From: Gemmatimonadota bacterium
GTDB taxonomy: Bacteria > ARS69
Direction: 5' to 3'
Assembly (NCBI GenBank): GCA_030747075.1
Contig: JASLLL010000013.1
Coordinates: forward strand, 628 to 64,627
DNA length: 64,000 nucleotides
The notes below the pieces were generated by a model. It was given only the letters and a program-made list of their open reading frames with translations, did not search any database and was not told where the DNA came from. The translations under genes were made by a program, and so were the position numbers. Shown one piece after another: positions 21,827-30,223 of this stretch. The first letter of the stretch is position 1; the number at the start of each line of letters is the position of its first letter.

Positions 21827-22625
21827 CAGCCCGCGCGTAGCGGAACAGGCGTCGGAGAGACCCCCGGCGCTTCTTCTGTCCGGAGTGTCGGTGGCTTTCG
21901 AATCGCACCGAACACCGGCGGCCACTCTGAAGGAACACCTGATCCGCTGGACCAAGCGGGATCTTGAGAAGAAGAGTGTCCGCGCTCTGGACGGACTGGA
22001 TCTGCGGGTGGATCGGGGAGAGGTGTTTGGGATCGTCGGGAGAAACGGGGCGGGGAAGAGCACTCTCCTGCGCGTGATTTCCGGCATCCTGCACCCGTCT
22101 CGGGGAAGGGTTCGAGTCTGGGGGAAGGTCACGCCGCTTCTCGGCGTCGGTGCCGGGTTCCACGGCGATCTGACCGGGCGGGAGAATATCGCGCTTTACT
22201 CGGCCATCCTCGGGCGAAGCCCGGAGCGTACCCGTGAGCTGGTGGACGACATCATCCGCTTCTCCGAACTTGCGGACTTTATCGACGCGCCGCTTCGCGT
22301 GTACTCCGCGGGCATGTCCGCACGGCTCGGATTCGCCGTCGCACTGGCCGAGTCGCCGGAGGTCCTTCTGGTTGATGAAGTGCTCGGCGTCGGGGACGAA
22401 CAGTTCCGCCGGAAGTGCCGGGACCGCTTTGAAGAGATCCGCAAGGCCGGCGCCACCATTGTCATCGTGACGCACTCGATGTCCGTTGCCAAAGAGATGT
22501 GCGACCGACTGGCGTGGATCGAGAATGGCAAGGTCCGCGAGTGCGGGACTTCCGAAGAAGTGGCCGCATCCTATGTGGAGTTCCAGAAGGCGGTTCGGAG
22601 CGCCTCCACGATCCGCCCCCGCTGA
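21810..22625 (+). CDS. wzt: Polysaccharide ABC exporter ATPase Wzt (no C-terminal carbohydrate-binding module)
   Basis: GRNGAGKSTLL, LTGRENI, YSAGMSARLGF, LLVDEVLGVGDEQF, VTHS; ends soon after the NBD. Confidence 0.92.
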   Translation: MHTDSDSPRVAEQASERPPALLLSGVSVAFESHRTPAATLKEHLIRWTKRDLEKKSVRALDGLDLRVDRGEVFGIVGRNGAGKSTLLRVISGILHPSRGRVRVWGKVTPLLGVGAGFHGDLTGRENIALYSAILGRSPERTRELVDDIIRFSELADFIDAPLRVYSAGMSARLGFAVALAESPEVLLVDEVLGVGDEQFRRKCRDRFEEIRKAGATIVIVTHSMSVAKEMCDRLAWIENGKVRECGTSEEVAASYVEFQKAVRSASTIRPR

Positions 22626-22657
22626 TCGGAACCGCACTTCTCGCTCGCGGACGGGGC

Positions 22658-22696
22658 GAGCCGGGTCGCGGGCGGCCGCTTGACTCGGCTCCTTTC
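22658..22696 (+). terminator. Terminator-like hairpin after wzt
   Basis: GAGCCGGGTC/GACTCGGCTC stem plus inner GCGG/CCGC, followed by CTTTC. Confidence 0.4.
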
Positions 22697-22788
22697 GCGT
22701 GGGAGCATCGCTCGACCCGGCCACTGATTCCCACCGTTCTGCGCAGCCCGGGCAGGTTCCCCGAGAGCCTGTGCGGAGGAGGCGCCCC

Positions 22789-25700
22789 TTGCGACCCGTG
22801 ATTCTCGTGCTTGGCATGCATCGAAGCGGCACTTCCGCAGTGGCGGGGGCCGTACGGATGCTCGGCGTAGACCTCGGGGATTCGCTGATGCCGGGACGCG
22901 CGGGGGAGAACCCACAGGGTTTCTTCGAAGACACCCGCGTCATGGCCGCCAACGAGAACATTCTGGAGTCCGCAGCGTCCTCGTGGGATGACCCCTTTGG
23001 AATCGATCCGGGCTGGTTTGATTCGGATGAAGGGAAGCCCCATGCGCGAGACCTTTCATCGCTTCTCGTGGGGATGTTCCCGGAGGATGCGCTGTGCGGA
23101 GTGAAAGACCCGCGCATCTGTCGGTTGCTTCCCGTGTGGACGGCCGCACTGGAGCAGGCGGGACTCGCGCCCCATGTCCTTCTGGTGACCAGGCCTTGCG
23201 CGGAGGTCGCCGATTCGCTGGCTCGAAGGAACGGCTTCTCGCGTGAGAAGTCGGCCTTCCTCTGGGCCGACCATGTCCTTCGGGCGGAGGAGGGGACGCG
23301 GAGGATCCCGCGAGTGTTCCTGCCCTATGCGGACCTGCTGGAGAATCCCGCCGGGGTGCTGGCCGGAGCGGGACACGCTCTGGGAATCACCTGGCCGGTA
23401 TCTCCGGAGGCGGCCTCGACACGGCTGCGCGCATTTGTCACCGGCGAGCTTCGGCACCACCGGGTCGGGGACGCGGAGAAGTCGCATCGTCGCGCAGACG
23501 GATTCGTGCGGGAACTGGATCTGCTGCTGGAAAGCGTCGCGGGCGGTTGCGGCGGCGGCGGCACGACCCGGTTTGACCGAATGGCGGAGCAAGTGGCGGC
23601 CGTCCTTCCCCGAATGGATCCGCTCTGGCAGGAACACTTGAGCCGTGGCGTCCGGGTGGCGGATCAAGTTGCGGGGCTGGAACAGACCTTGTCCGATCGG
23701 ACCGAGTGGCTGCGTGCGTCGGCGGAGGAAGTGAAGAGTCTTCGGGCCGCCGTGGAGGAGATGCGCAACGCCGGATCCAAAGACGCGACCCGCCTGCGGG
23801 TGGAAGTGGAGGAGATTCGCGCCGCGACGCTGGATGTCGGCCGGCGCGTGGATCGTCTGGACTTCTTCCGGCTTGGCATGCGACTGGTCCGGTTCTCTCG
23901 ACGGGTGGCGGGCCGCCTGGTGCGCGGCGCGGCGCGGCGAAGGAGCGCCCTTCACGGCAGACTCCGCGACGCATTCCTGAAGCGGCCGGTGACCCGCGCG
24001 CGAGTGACTGGGATTGCACTGCCTCAGCATGAACATCCGGATGTCTCGATCATCATCCCCGTGTTCAACCAGACGGGTCATACCGTCCGGTGCCTGGAAT
24101 CGCTGGCGGCATTGCGGGAGGAGACCTCCTTCGAGGTGGTCCTGGTGGATGACGCCTCCACGGCCGCGTCGATTGGCCTGCTGGCGTCGGTAAGGTCGAT
24201 CCGACTCGTGCGAAACGAACGCAATCTCGGGTTTGTGCATTCGTGCAATCGGGGCGCGAAGGAGGCGAAGGGGCGGCACCTTCTCTTCCTGAACAACGAC
24301 ACGCGCGTGGAGCCGGGTTTCCTGGACCGGCTTCGGGCCTCTTTGGAGGAGTTCCCGGATGCGGGGATTGTGGGTGCCCAACTGGTGTACCCGGACGGCC
24401 GCCTGCAGGAATCGGGCGGGATCGTCTGGGAGGACGCCAGTGCGTGGAATTACGGTCACGGGAGAGACCCGTCCGCACCGGAGGTTTCGTATCTTCGCGA
24501 AGTCGATTACTGCTCCGGTGCATGCATCCTGGTGGACCGGAGTCTGTTCAACGAACTGGGCGGGTTCGATGAGCGGTACGCTCCCGCCTACTACGAAGAT
24601 GTGGATCTTGCTTTTCGCGTTCGCGAGGCCGGTCGACGCGTGCTTGTCAACCCTGTGGCGCGTGTCATTCATTGCGAAGGTGCCACTTCCGGTACGGACC
24701 CGGAGAGTGGTGTGAAGCGGTACCAGGTGCGCAACCAGCAGATCTTCCTGGATCGATGGCGGAAGGAACTTGGCTGCCACGGCCGAAACGGGGAAGACCC
24801 GGAACGGGCGAAGGAGCGGAAGGCCCGTTCCCGCGTCCTCGTCATCGACCACCGTATGCCGACTCCCGATCAGGACGCGGGATCGCAGCGAATCCAATGG
24901 ATGATGCGGATTCTTCGCGACCTCGGCCATCGAGTGACCTTTCTGCCCGACAATCTACTCCCGTCCGAACCCTACGGGGCAGACCTTCGCGCGCTGGGCG
25001 TGGAGGTATGGCAGTCACCGCACCTCAGGACGATCCGCCACTTCCTGGAGTGCCGGGGGAGCGAGTTCGATCTTGTGATTCTGAGCCGTCTGGGTACGGC
25101 GGGAACTCATATCGATGATGTGCGGAGGCTCTGTCCGCGGGCGCGGGTCGTCTTCGATACGGTGGACCTGCACTTTCTTCGTGAAGAGCGGGCCGCAGAG
25201 TTGACCGGGAGTGCCGCCGATCTCGCGGCCGCGCGGGAGACACGCACGCGGGAACTCTCGGTGGCCCGCCGTGCGCACGAGACGCTGGTCGTCAGTGAAG
25301 AGGAACGCGAACTCATCCAGAGCATCGATCCGAATCTCGCCGTGCGTATCGTCCCCACCATCCACGAGACTTCCGCGTCCGGGCTTCCATTCGAGGAGCG
25401 GCACGGACTTCTCTTCGTGGGGGGGTTCGAGCATCCGCCCAATGCTGATGGCGTCCGGTGGTTCGTGGAGACCGTGCTGCCGATGGTACGGGAGGAACTG
25501 CCGGATGTTTCGCTTCGGATCGTGGGCAGCAAGCCGACACCGGAGATGGATGCTCTCGCGGGACGGGGCGTGGATGTCGCCGGGTGGGTGCCGGATCTCG
25601 AAGCGCTTCTCCGCGAGTCCCGGGTATCCATCGCGCCGCTCCGGTTTGGCGCCGGGGTGAAGGGGAAAGTCTGCGAGAGCCTCGCGCACGGGTTGCCGAC

Positions 25701-25971
25701 CGTGGGAACGAGCATCGCCTGCGAGGGGATGGCGCTCACTCATCGAACAGACATCTGCATCGCGGACACGGCGCACGACTTCGCGCGGGAAGTGGTGCGT
25801 CTGCATCAGGATCGTGCCTTGTGGACGCAGTTGGCCTCAGCGGGGCAGGAAGTGATCCGGAACCGGTTCTCTCCCGCCGTAGCCAGGGACGCACTTCGAC
25901 GACTGGGGCGCGGCCCCGCCGAATCCCCCCGGGGGGGACTCCTGGCGGTGGAAGCCCAACTACTCTCATGA
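22789..25971 (+). CDS. Multidomain glycan synthase: sulfotransferase-like + coiled coil + GT2 + GT4-like
   Basis: LGMHRSGTS...NPQGFFE...KDPR; heptad segment; SIIIPVFN, VDDAS, FLNND, YYEDVDL; DAGSQR, FVGGFEHPPNADG, PLRFGAGVKGK; SD GGAGGAGG then TTG 22789. Confidence 0.88.
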   Translation: MRPVILVLGMHRSGTSAVAGAVRMLGVDLGDSLMPGRAGENPQGFFEDTRVMAANENILESAASSWDDPFGIDPGWFDSDEGKPHARDLSSLLVGMFPEDALCGVKDPRICRLLPVWTAALEQAGLAPHVLLVTRPCAEVADSLARRNGFSREKSAFLWADHVLRAEEGTRRIPRVFLPYADLLENPAGVLAGAGHALGITWPVSPEAASTRLRAFVTGELRHHRVGDAEKSHRRADGFVRELDLLLESVAGGCGGGGTTRFDRMAEQVAAVLPRMDPLWQEHLSRGVRVADQVAGLEQTLSDRTEWLRASAEEVKSLRAAVEEMRNAGSKDATRLRVEVEEIRAATLDVGRRVDRLDFFRLGMRLVRFSRRVAGRLVRGAARRRSALHGRLRDAFLKRPVTRARVTGIALPQHEHPDVSIIIPVFNQTGHTVRCLESLAALREETSFEVVLVDDASTAASIGLLASVRSIRLVRNERNLGFVHSCNRGAKEAKGRHLLFLNNDTRVEPGFLDRLRASLEEFPDAGIVGAQLVYPDGRLQESGGIVWEDASAWNYGHGRDPSAPEVSYLREVDYCSGACILVDRSLFNELGGFDERYAPAYYEDVDLAFRVREAGRRVLVNPVARVIHCEGATSGTDPESGVKRYQVRNQQIFLDRWRKELGCHGRNGEDPERAKERKARSRVLVIDHRMPTPDQDAGSQRIQWMMRILRDLGHRVTFLPDNLLPSEPYGADLRALGVEVWQSPHLRTIRHFLECRGSEFDLVILSRLGTAGTHIDDVRRLCPRARVVFDTVDLHFLREERAAELTGSAADLAAARETRTRELSVARRAHETLVVSEEERELIQSIDPNLAVRIVPTIHETSASGLPFEERHGLLFVGGFEHPPNADGVRWFVETVLPMVREELPDVSLRIVGSKPTPEMDALAGRGVDVAGWVPDLEALLRESRVSIAPLRFGAGVKGKVCESLAHGLPTVGTSIACEGMALTHRTDICIADTAHDFAREVVRLHQDRALWTQLASAGQEVIRNRFSPAVARDALRRLGRGPAESPRGGLLAVEAQLLS

Positions 25972-25987
25972 CAGGAGGCGACCAGAA

Positions 25988-27451
25988 ATGGCATTGACCG
26001 CACTGGCCGGTCCACCCGGAGTGGGGAAGACCACCCACCTCATTGGAAGGCTCGAGGACGCGCAGAATGCCGGGAATCCCACGGCGCTCTTTTTGTGCAG
26101 CGACTCGGACGATCTTCGATCGCGCCCGAATGTCCGGGAAGGCGGCACCATGGGATGTCGCACTCCCGGGATGGGCGCGACCATTGACCACTTCGTTTCG
26201 GCAGCGGAAGCAGGCCGTATCCTCTCGGAACTTCCCGCCGGGAGCCTGGCGGCCTTCGACGAAGCGGCGTGGTTCGGTGTGGACATCGTGGAGGCGTGGA
26301 TCGAAGCGGAGCGGCGAGGAGTGGATGTCGTGGTGTCTTCGCTCTCCGAGCAGCAGGTGGCAATCCTGAAAGAGCGAAGCTACCCGGTCACGCGGCTTAC
26401 CGTACCCTGCATGCTTTGCGGGAAGGACCGGGGGCGTCACTCGCACGAACTGTTCCACACGGCGGAGCGCGGTTTCGTCGTGGTGTGCGATGCCTGTCGC
26501 GAGGCGGTCGCCAGGAACCAATGCCGATCGGAACCTTCTTCTCTGGATGGTGAACTCTGCGAGGAGCTCACTTCGGAACTCAGGCGCATGAAGCCCTTCC
26601 CGGGAAAGGAGCACGCGTATCAGCCGGTCTTCGGGTTGGACCTCCCGGGCTGGGAACTGGTGCGGGGAGACACGCCGATTCGCGCGGACCTCATTCGAGA
26701 GGTGCTGGAGGCGGCCTTCCCGGCGTGGAGCGCGTCATCGAGGGCGGGCGAAGCCGACGGTCGTCCCAGCTTCATCGATCTGGGATGCTGCACCGGGTTT
26801 TTCTGCGAGTACTTTGCGGCGCGGGGATGGGAGGCCTGGGGGCTGGACATCGACGAGGACTTCATCGCGCTGGCTCGGCGCGTGTCACAGGCTCTTGGAA
26901 GCGGAGTGGAGTACTGCCAGTCCGCGCTTCTTCCCCATGTGCAGGGCCATCCCGGCGCCCGGTTTGATGTGACCACTTCGTTCGCGACCGTGCAGTGGGT
27001 GATCGCCCAGAGCGGTCTGGATGCGGGGCTGGAGTGCTTCGACTGGATCTTCGGCGCGGCGCGGAAGATGTGTGTTCTTGAGATGGGCTACTCGGAAGAG
27101 GAGATCTACCGGGAGAAGCTGCCCGTGCGCATCGACCGCGAGTGGGTTGAAGAACTCATGCGAACCCGTGGAGGATTCGACGAGGTTCTCGTGATTCCGA
27201 AGGGATCGCGGGGCGTCTGGCGAGATCTCTTCATCGGTCTGAAGGATCCGGAAGTGTGCGGAGTGACCGTGTCCGGGGAGGGCGCGGCCGAACCGGGCCG
27301 ACCCGCGCCCGTATGGAACGCGGCCGGTATTCTAGGGCTGGCAGCGCGTGCCGTGCGAAACCCGGGGCGCGTCGTGCAACTGGGCGGGAAGGCCGTACAG
27401 GATCCGGCGAGGGCGATGCGCGAACTGGGGCGGCGGTTGCGCGGCGGTTGA
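25988..27451 (+). CDS. Fusion of a thymidine-kinase-fold P-loop domain and a class I SAM methyltransferase (WbdD-like)
   Basis: GPPGVGKTT, FDEAAWF, CMLC...CDAC; YQPVFG, IDLGCCTGFF, GLDID, RFDV; basic amphipathic C-terminus; SD AGGAGG. Confidence 0.75.
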   Translation: MALTALAGPPGVGKTTHLIGRLEDAQNAGNPTALFLCSDSDDLRSRPNVREGGTMGCRTPGMGATIDHFVSAAEAGRILSELPAGSLAAFDEAAWFGVDIVEAWIEAERRGVDVVVSSLSEQQVAILKERSYPVTRLTVPCMLCGKDRGRHSHELFHTAERGFVVVCDACREAVARNQCRSEPSSLDGELCEELTSELRRMKPFPGKEHAYQPVFGLDLPGWELVRGDTPIRADLIREVLEAAFPAWSASSRAGEADGRPSFIDLGCCTGFFCEYFAARGWEAWGLDIDEDFIALARRVSQALGSGVEYCQSALLPHVQGHPGARFDVTTSFATVQWVIAQSGLDAGLECFDWIFGAARKMCVLEMGYSEEEIYREKLPVRIDREWVEELMRTRGGFDEVLVIPKGSRGVWRDLFIGLKDPEVCGVTVSGEGAAEPGRPAPVWNAAGILGLAARAVRNPGRVVQLGGKAVQDPARAMRELGRRLRGG

Positions 27452-27459
27452 TCGTTCGT

Positions 27460-29106
27460 TCACCGAAGCGTGGACGCCAGCCTCGCGCGATGCGGATCCA
27501 GGAAGGGGCATTCGGACTCCCGGTTCATCGCGATCGGGAGCAGCGGGTCTTCCGTCAGGCGCGATCTCCACCGCTGCCGCATGGTGATGACTTCCCGCGG
27601 GTCAAGGAGACGGCTGCGGGTGCGGGTCTCGTGGTGGATCAACTCGGCACGCGGCTCGTACAGAATCCGCCCTCCGCGCTGAGTCAGCCGGAGGCACAGG
27701 TCGACATCGTTGAACGAGACGGGCAGATCTCCGGCGTCGAGTCCCCCCAACTCCTCAAAGGCGCCGCGACGAACCAGGAGGCAGGCGGCGGTGGCCGCCG
27801 AGACTTCCCGTGCGGTACGAGCTCCGGTTCCCGGAAAAACCTCGCGCCCTCCCGAAGAACCCCACTCCCGACCCAGATGACCCGCGACCGTGCCGATCCC
27901 GAGCCCAATGCCCGCGTGCTGGCAGGTGCCGTCGGGATAGAGCAGCCGCGCGCCCACCGCGTCCACGCCCGGCCAGTGCATGGCGGCGACGAGGTGCGTG
28001 AGCCATGCGCCGTCGATCGCTTCCGTGTCGTTGTTGAGCATCAGGAGGAAGTCCCCGCTCGCTTCCGCTGCGGCTGTGTTCGTGATCCGGGCGAAGTTGA
28101 AGGAGCCTCCCTCGCGAATCACGCGTACCCCGGCGTGCTTTTCGGCCTCTTCCAGCAGGTGAAGCGCACGCGGATCTGTCGTGAGGTGATCCACCAGAAT
28201 CACCTCGTGACGGACTCCGCCATCCAGCCGCTCGATGGAGTTGAGGAGTCGGCCGAGCAGGTCCGGCTGATCTCGCGTCGGGATCAGGAGGGACACGAGG
28301 GGGTCGGCATCGATCCGGGGGTGGATGCTCAGTGTCTCCGGATCGTCTCCCGCACTCACCGGGGCCGCCGTCCCCCGATCGGCGAGAAACGATGCCACCG
28401 CATCCATCCGCCCGCGCAGAGGGCCGAAGAGCGGGTCGTCGTCGCGCTCCGGCCGACGAAGGACCGGCAGCGGCAGGTGGCGCACAGCGTCGGCTTCGTC
28501 GGTCGCCCGAAGAAGCACATCGGTCCAGTCGGCTCCCTCCCGCAGTCGTCTTGAGGCAGCCTGCGCGGGGATGGCGGTCGCGGCGCCCGGGAACCTACCG
28601 GGGTGCGTCAGCGCGAGAAGCGGACTCCACGCCGGCTTGAGATCACCTCGGAGGGAGCCACCGGGAGCAAGCCGGACTTCGTCCGCGTACAGCACACCGC
28701 CCTCGTCGAGATCGGCAATGTGCCCAAGCCACGCATTTCCCGAATCGGACACGAACTCGTCGCCCGCAGCCAGCGCGACCCACCTCTCGCCGGGACGCTC
28801 CACGGCGGGAGGCGCCTCCCCGCGGCACACATCACTTGCGGGGAGACCGGCGCCGAGGAGCGAATCCCGGGTTCGCTGTTCGTCCCCCTCTCCGAAGAGC
28901 AGGACGCGGACGGGGGCCGGGGAGCGACAAACGCGAACCGCGGGACGCGCCCGGGCCACGGCGGACAGCCATCGCCGGATCTGTTCAGCCTCGGTGCGCC
29001 GCTGCTCGATGCGGCCGCGGAGGCGTCGCACGATTCTGCCGAACGCATGGAACCCCTCGGCGCGAATGAGAGTGCGGGCTGCGCGCACGCGGTGAAGAAG
29101 GTTCAC
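27460..29106 (-). CDS. Glycosyltransferase family 2 (degenerate N-terminal GT2 plus intact GT2)
   Basis: LYADE..KPAWSP; VSLLIPTRD, FNFARITN, LMLNNDTE, VGARLLYPDG, ATAACLLV, FNDVDLCL, HHETRTR; GTG 29106. Confidence 0.88.
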   Translation of the reverse strand: MNLLHRVRAARTLIRAEGFHAFGRIVRRLRGRIEQRRTEAEQIRRWLSAVARARPAVRVCRSPAPVRVLLFGEGDEQRTRDSLLGAGLPASDVCRGEAPPAVERPGERWVALAAGDEFVSDSGNAWLGHIADLDEGGVLYADEVRLAPGGSLRGDLKPAWSPLLALTHPGRFPGAATAIPAQAASRRLREGADWTDVLLRATDEADAVRHLPLPVLRRPERDDDPLFGPLRGRMDAVASFLADRGTAAPVSAGDDPETLSIHPRIDADPLVSLLIPTRDQPDLLGRLLNSIERLDGGVRHEVILVDHLTTDPRALHLLEEAEKHAGVRVIREGGSFNFARITNTAAAEASGDFLLMLNNDTEAIDGAWLTHLVAAMHWPGVDAVGARLLYPDGTCQHAGIGLGIGTVAGHLGREWGSSGGREVFPGTGARTAREVSAATAACLLVRRGAFEELGGLDAGDLPVSFNDVDLCLRLTQRGGRILYEPRAELIHHETRTRSRLLDPREVITMRQRWRSRLTEDPLLPIAMNRESECPFLDPHRARLASTLR

Positions 29107-29110
29107 GGGT

Positions 29111-30223
29111 TCATCTCCCCGCCGCCCTGCGATATCCGTCCCGCGTCGCCCGCGCAGTTTCCGCCCAGTCGAAGAGGGCGGCGCGGGCCGGGCCGAGTGC
29201 CGCGAGTTCCCCGCGACGGCGGTCGTCCATCCAGAGCCGCGCGAGGGCATCCGCAAGCGCACGGGCGGTCTCCACCGATGCAAACGCGGCCGCGTCGCCC
29301 AGGACTTCGCGATGCGGAGGGATGTCGCTGGCGAGCACCGGCCCGCCGCAGGCCGCCGCTTCCAGCGCGGGGAGCCCGAAGCCTTCGCATCGCGAGGGAA
29401 CGAGTACCAGTCTCGCTCCGGCATACAGAAGCGGAAGGTCGGTGTCGGTTACGGGACACAGGATGCGGACGCGCGAAACCCCCGCGGCAATGGGTTCCAG
29501 TCTGGCGCGGGTTTCGTGATCGCGTGCCGGGATGACGAGTTCCGCGTCGGCGAGTCCCGCGGCGCGAAACGCACGGAGCGCGCCGTCGAGATTCTTGTGG
29601 GGCCGATGCGAAGCGACGCAGAGGAGGAAGGGCCGTGTGAGACCCCGACCCGCCAGGAACTCCGTCACGCTCTCAGGCGATGGCGGAGCGAACACAGGCG
29701 CAACGGCGTGGGGGATCACCGTGAACCGGTCGGCCGGAGCGCGAAGGCACCGGGTCAGCTCCGCCCGGGCCGCTTCCGAGCCGGTGAAGAGAACGGCGGA
29801 CGACCGGATCGACCACGCCATCATGATGCGGGCGTAGAGCCGGTGGAGCGGAGAGCGGGGGAAGAGCAAGTGGATGGGGTCATGCATCGTGACCACCACG
29901 CGGCACCCGGGAGCCGCCGAGCGCACATAGTGCGGGAAGTGCAGAACATCGAGCTGATGCCGGCTTGCCGCGCCACGGAAGGCCGCCAGTTCCTTCACGC
30001 TGTAGAGCGGCGCACGGCATTGCGCCAGCCGGAAGCGCTCCGGGTCGAGGAGTTCAGGCAGTCCCCCCGGAAGCGCACGGAGATCCGGCTCCGGAAGAAA
30101 GAGCGTGTACCGCTCCGGACCGTGGAGTCCGGCGAGCCCCGTGAGGAGTCCCTCAAGGTATCGTCCGATTCCGAAGTCGCGGATCTTGCGCGCATCGATG
30201 CCGATGTGCAGCGGAGCAGTCAT
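29111..30223 (-). CDS. Glycosyltransferase family 4 (WbpY/mannosyltransferase-like)
   Basis: IGIDAR..GIGRY, VVTMHD, PHKNL, PSRCEGFGLPALEAAACG, SDIPPHREV. Confidence 0.9.
   Translation of the reverse strand: MTAPLHIGIDARKIRDFGIGRYLEGLLTGLAGLHGPERYTLFLPEPDLRALPGGLPELLDPERFRLAQCRAPLYSVKELAAFRGAASRHQLDVLHFPHYVRSAAPGCRVVVTMHDPIHLLFPRSPLHRLYARIMMAWSIRSSAVLFTGSEAARAELTRCLRAPADRFTVIPHAVAPVFAPPSPESVTEFLAGRGLTRPFLLCVASHRPHKNLDGALRAFRAAGLADAELVIPARDHETRARLEPIAAGVSRVRILCPVTDTDLPLLYAGARLVLVPSRCEGFGLPALEAAACGGPVLASDIPPHREVLGDAAAFASVETARALADALARLWMDDRRRGELAALGPARAALFDWAETARATRDGYRRAAGR

Noticed and set aside
25988-26510. Annotating the gene as an ordinary thymidine kinase (tdk)
   Set aside because: Thymine-binding segment and lasso residues are missing, and the domain is fused to a methyltransferase in a glycan locus.
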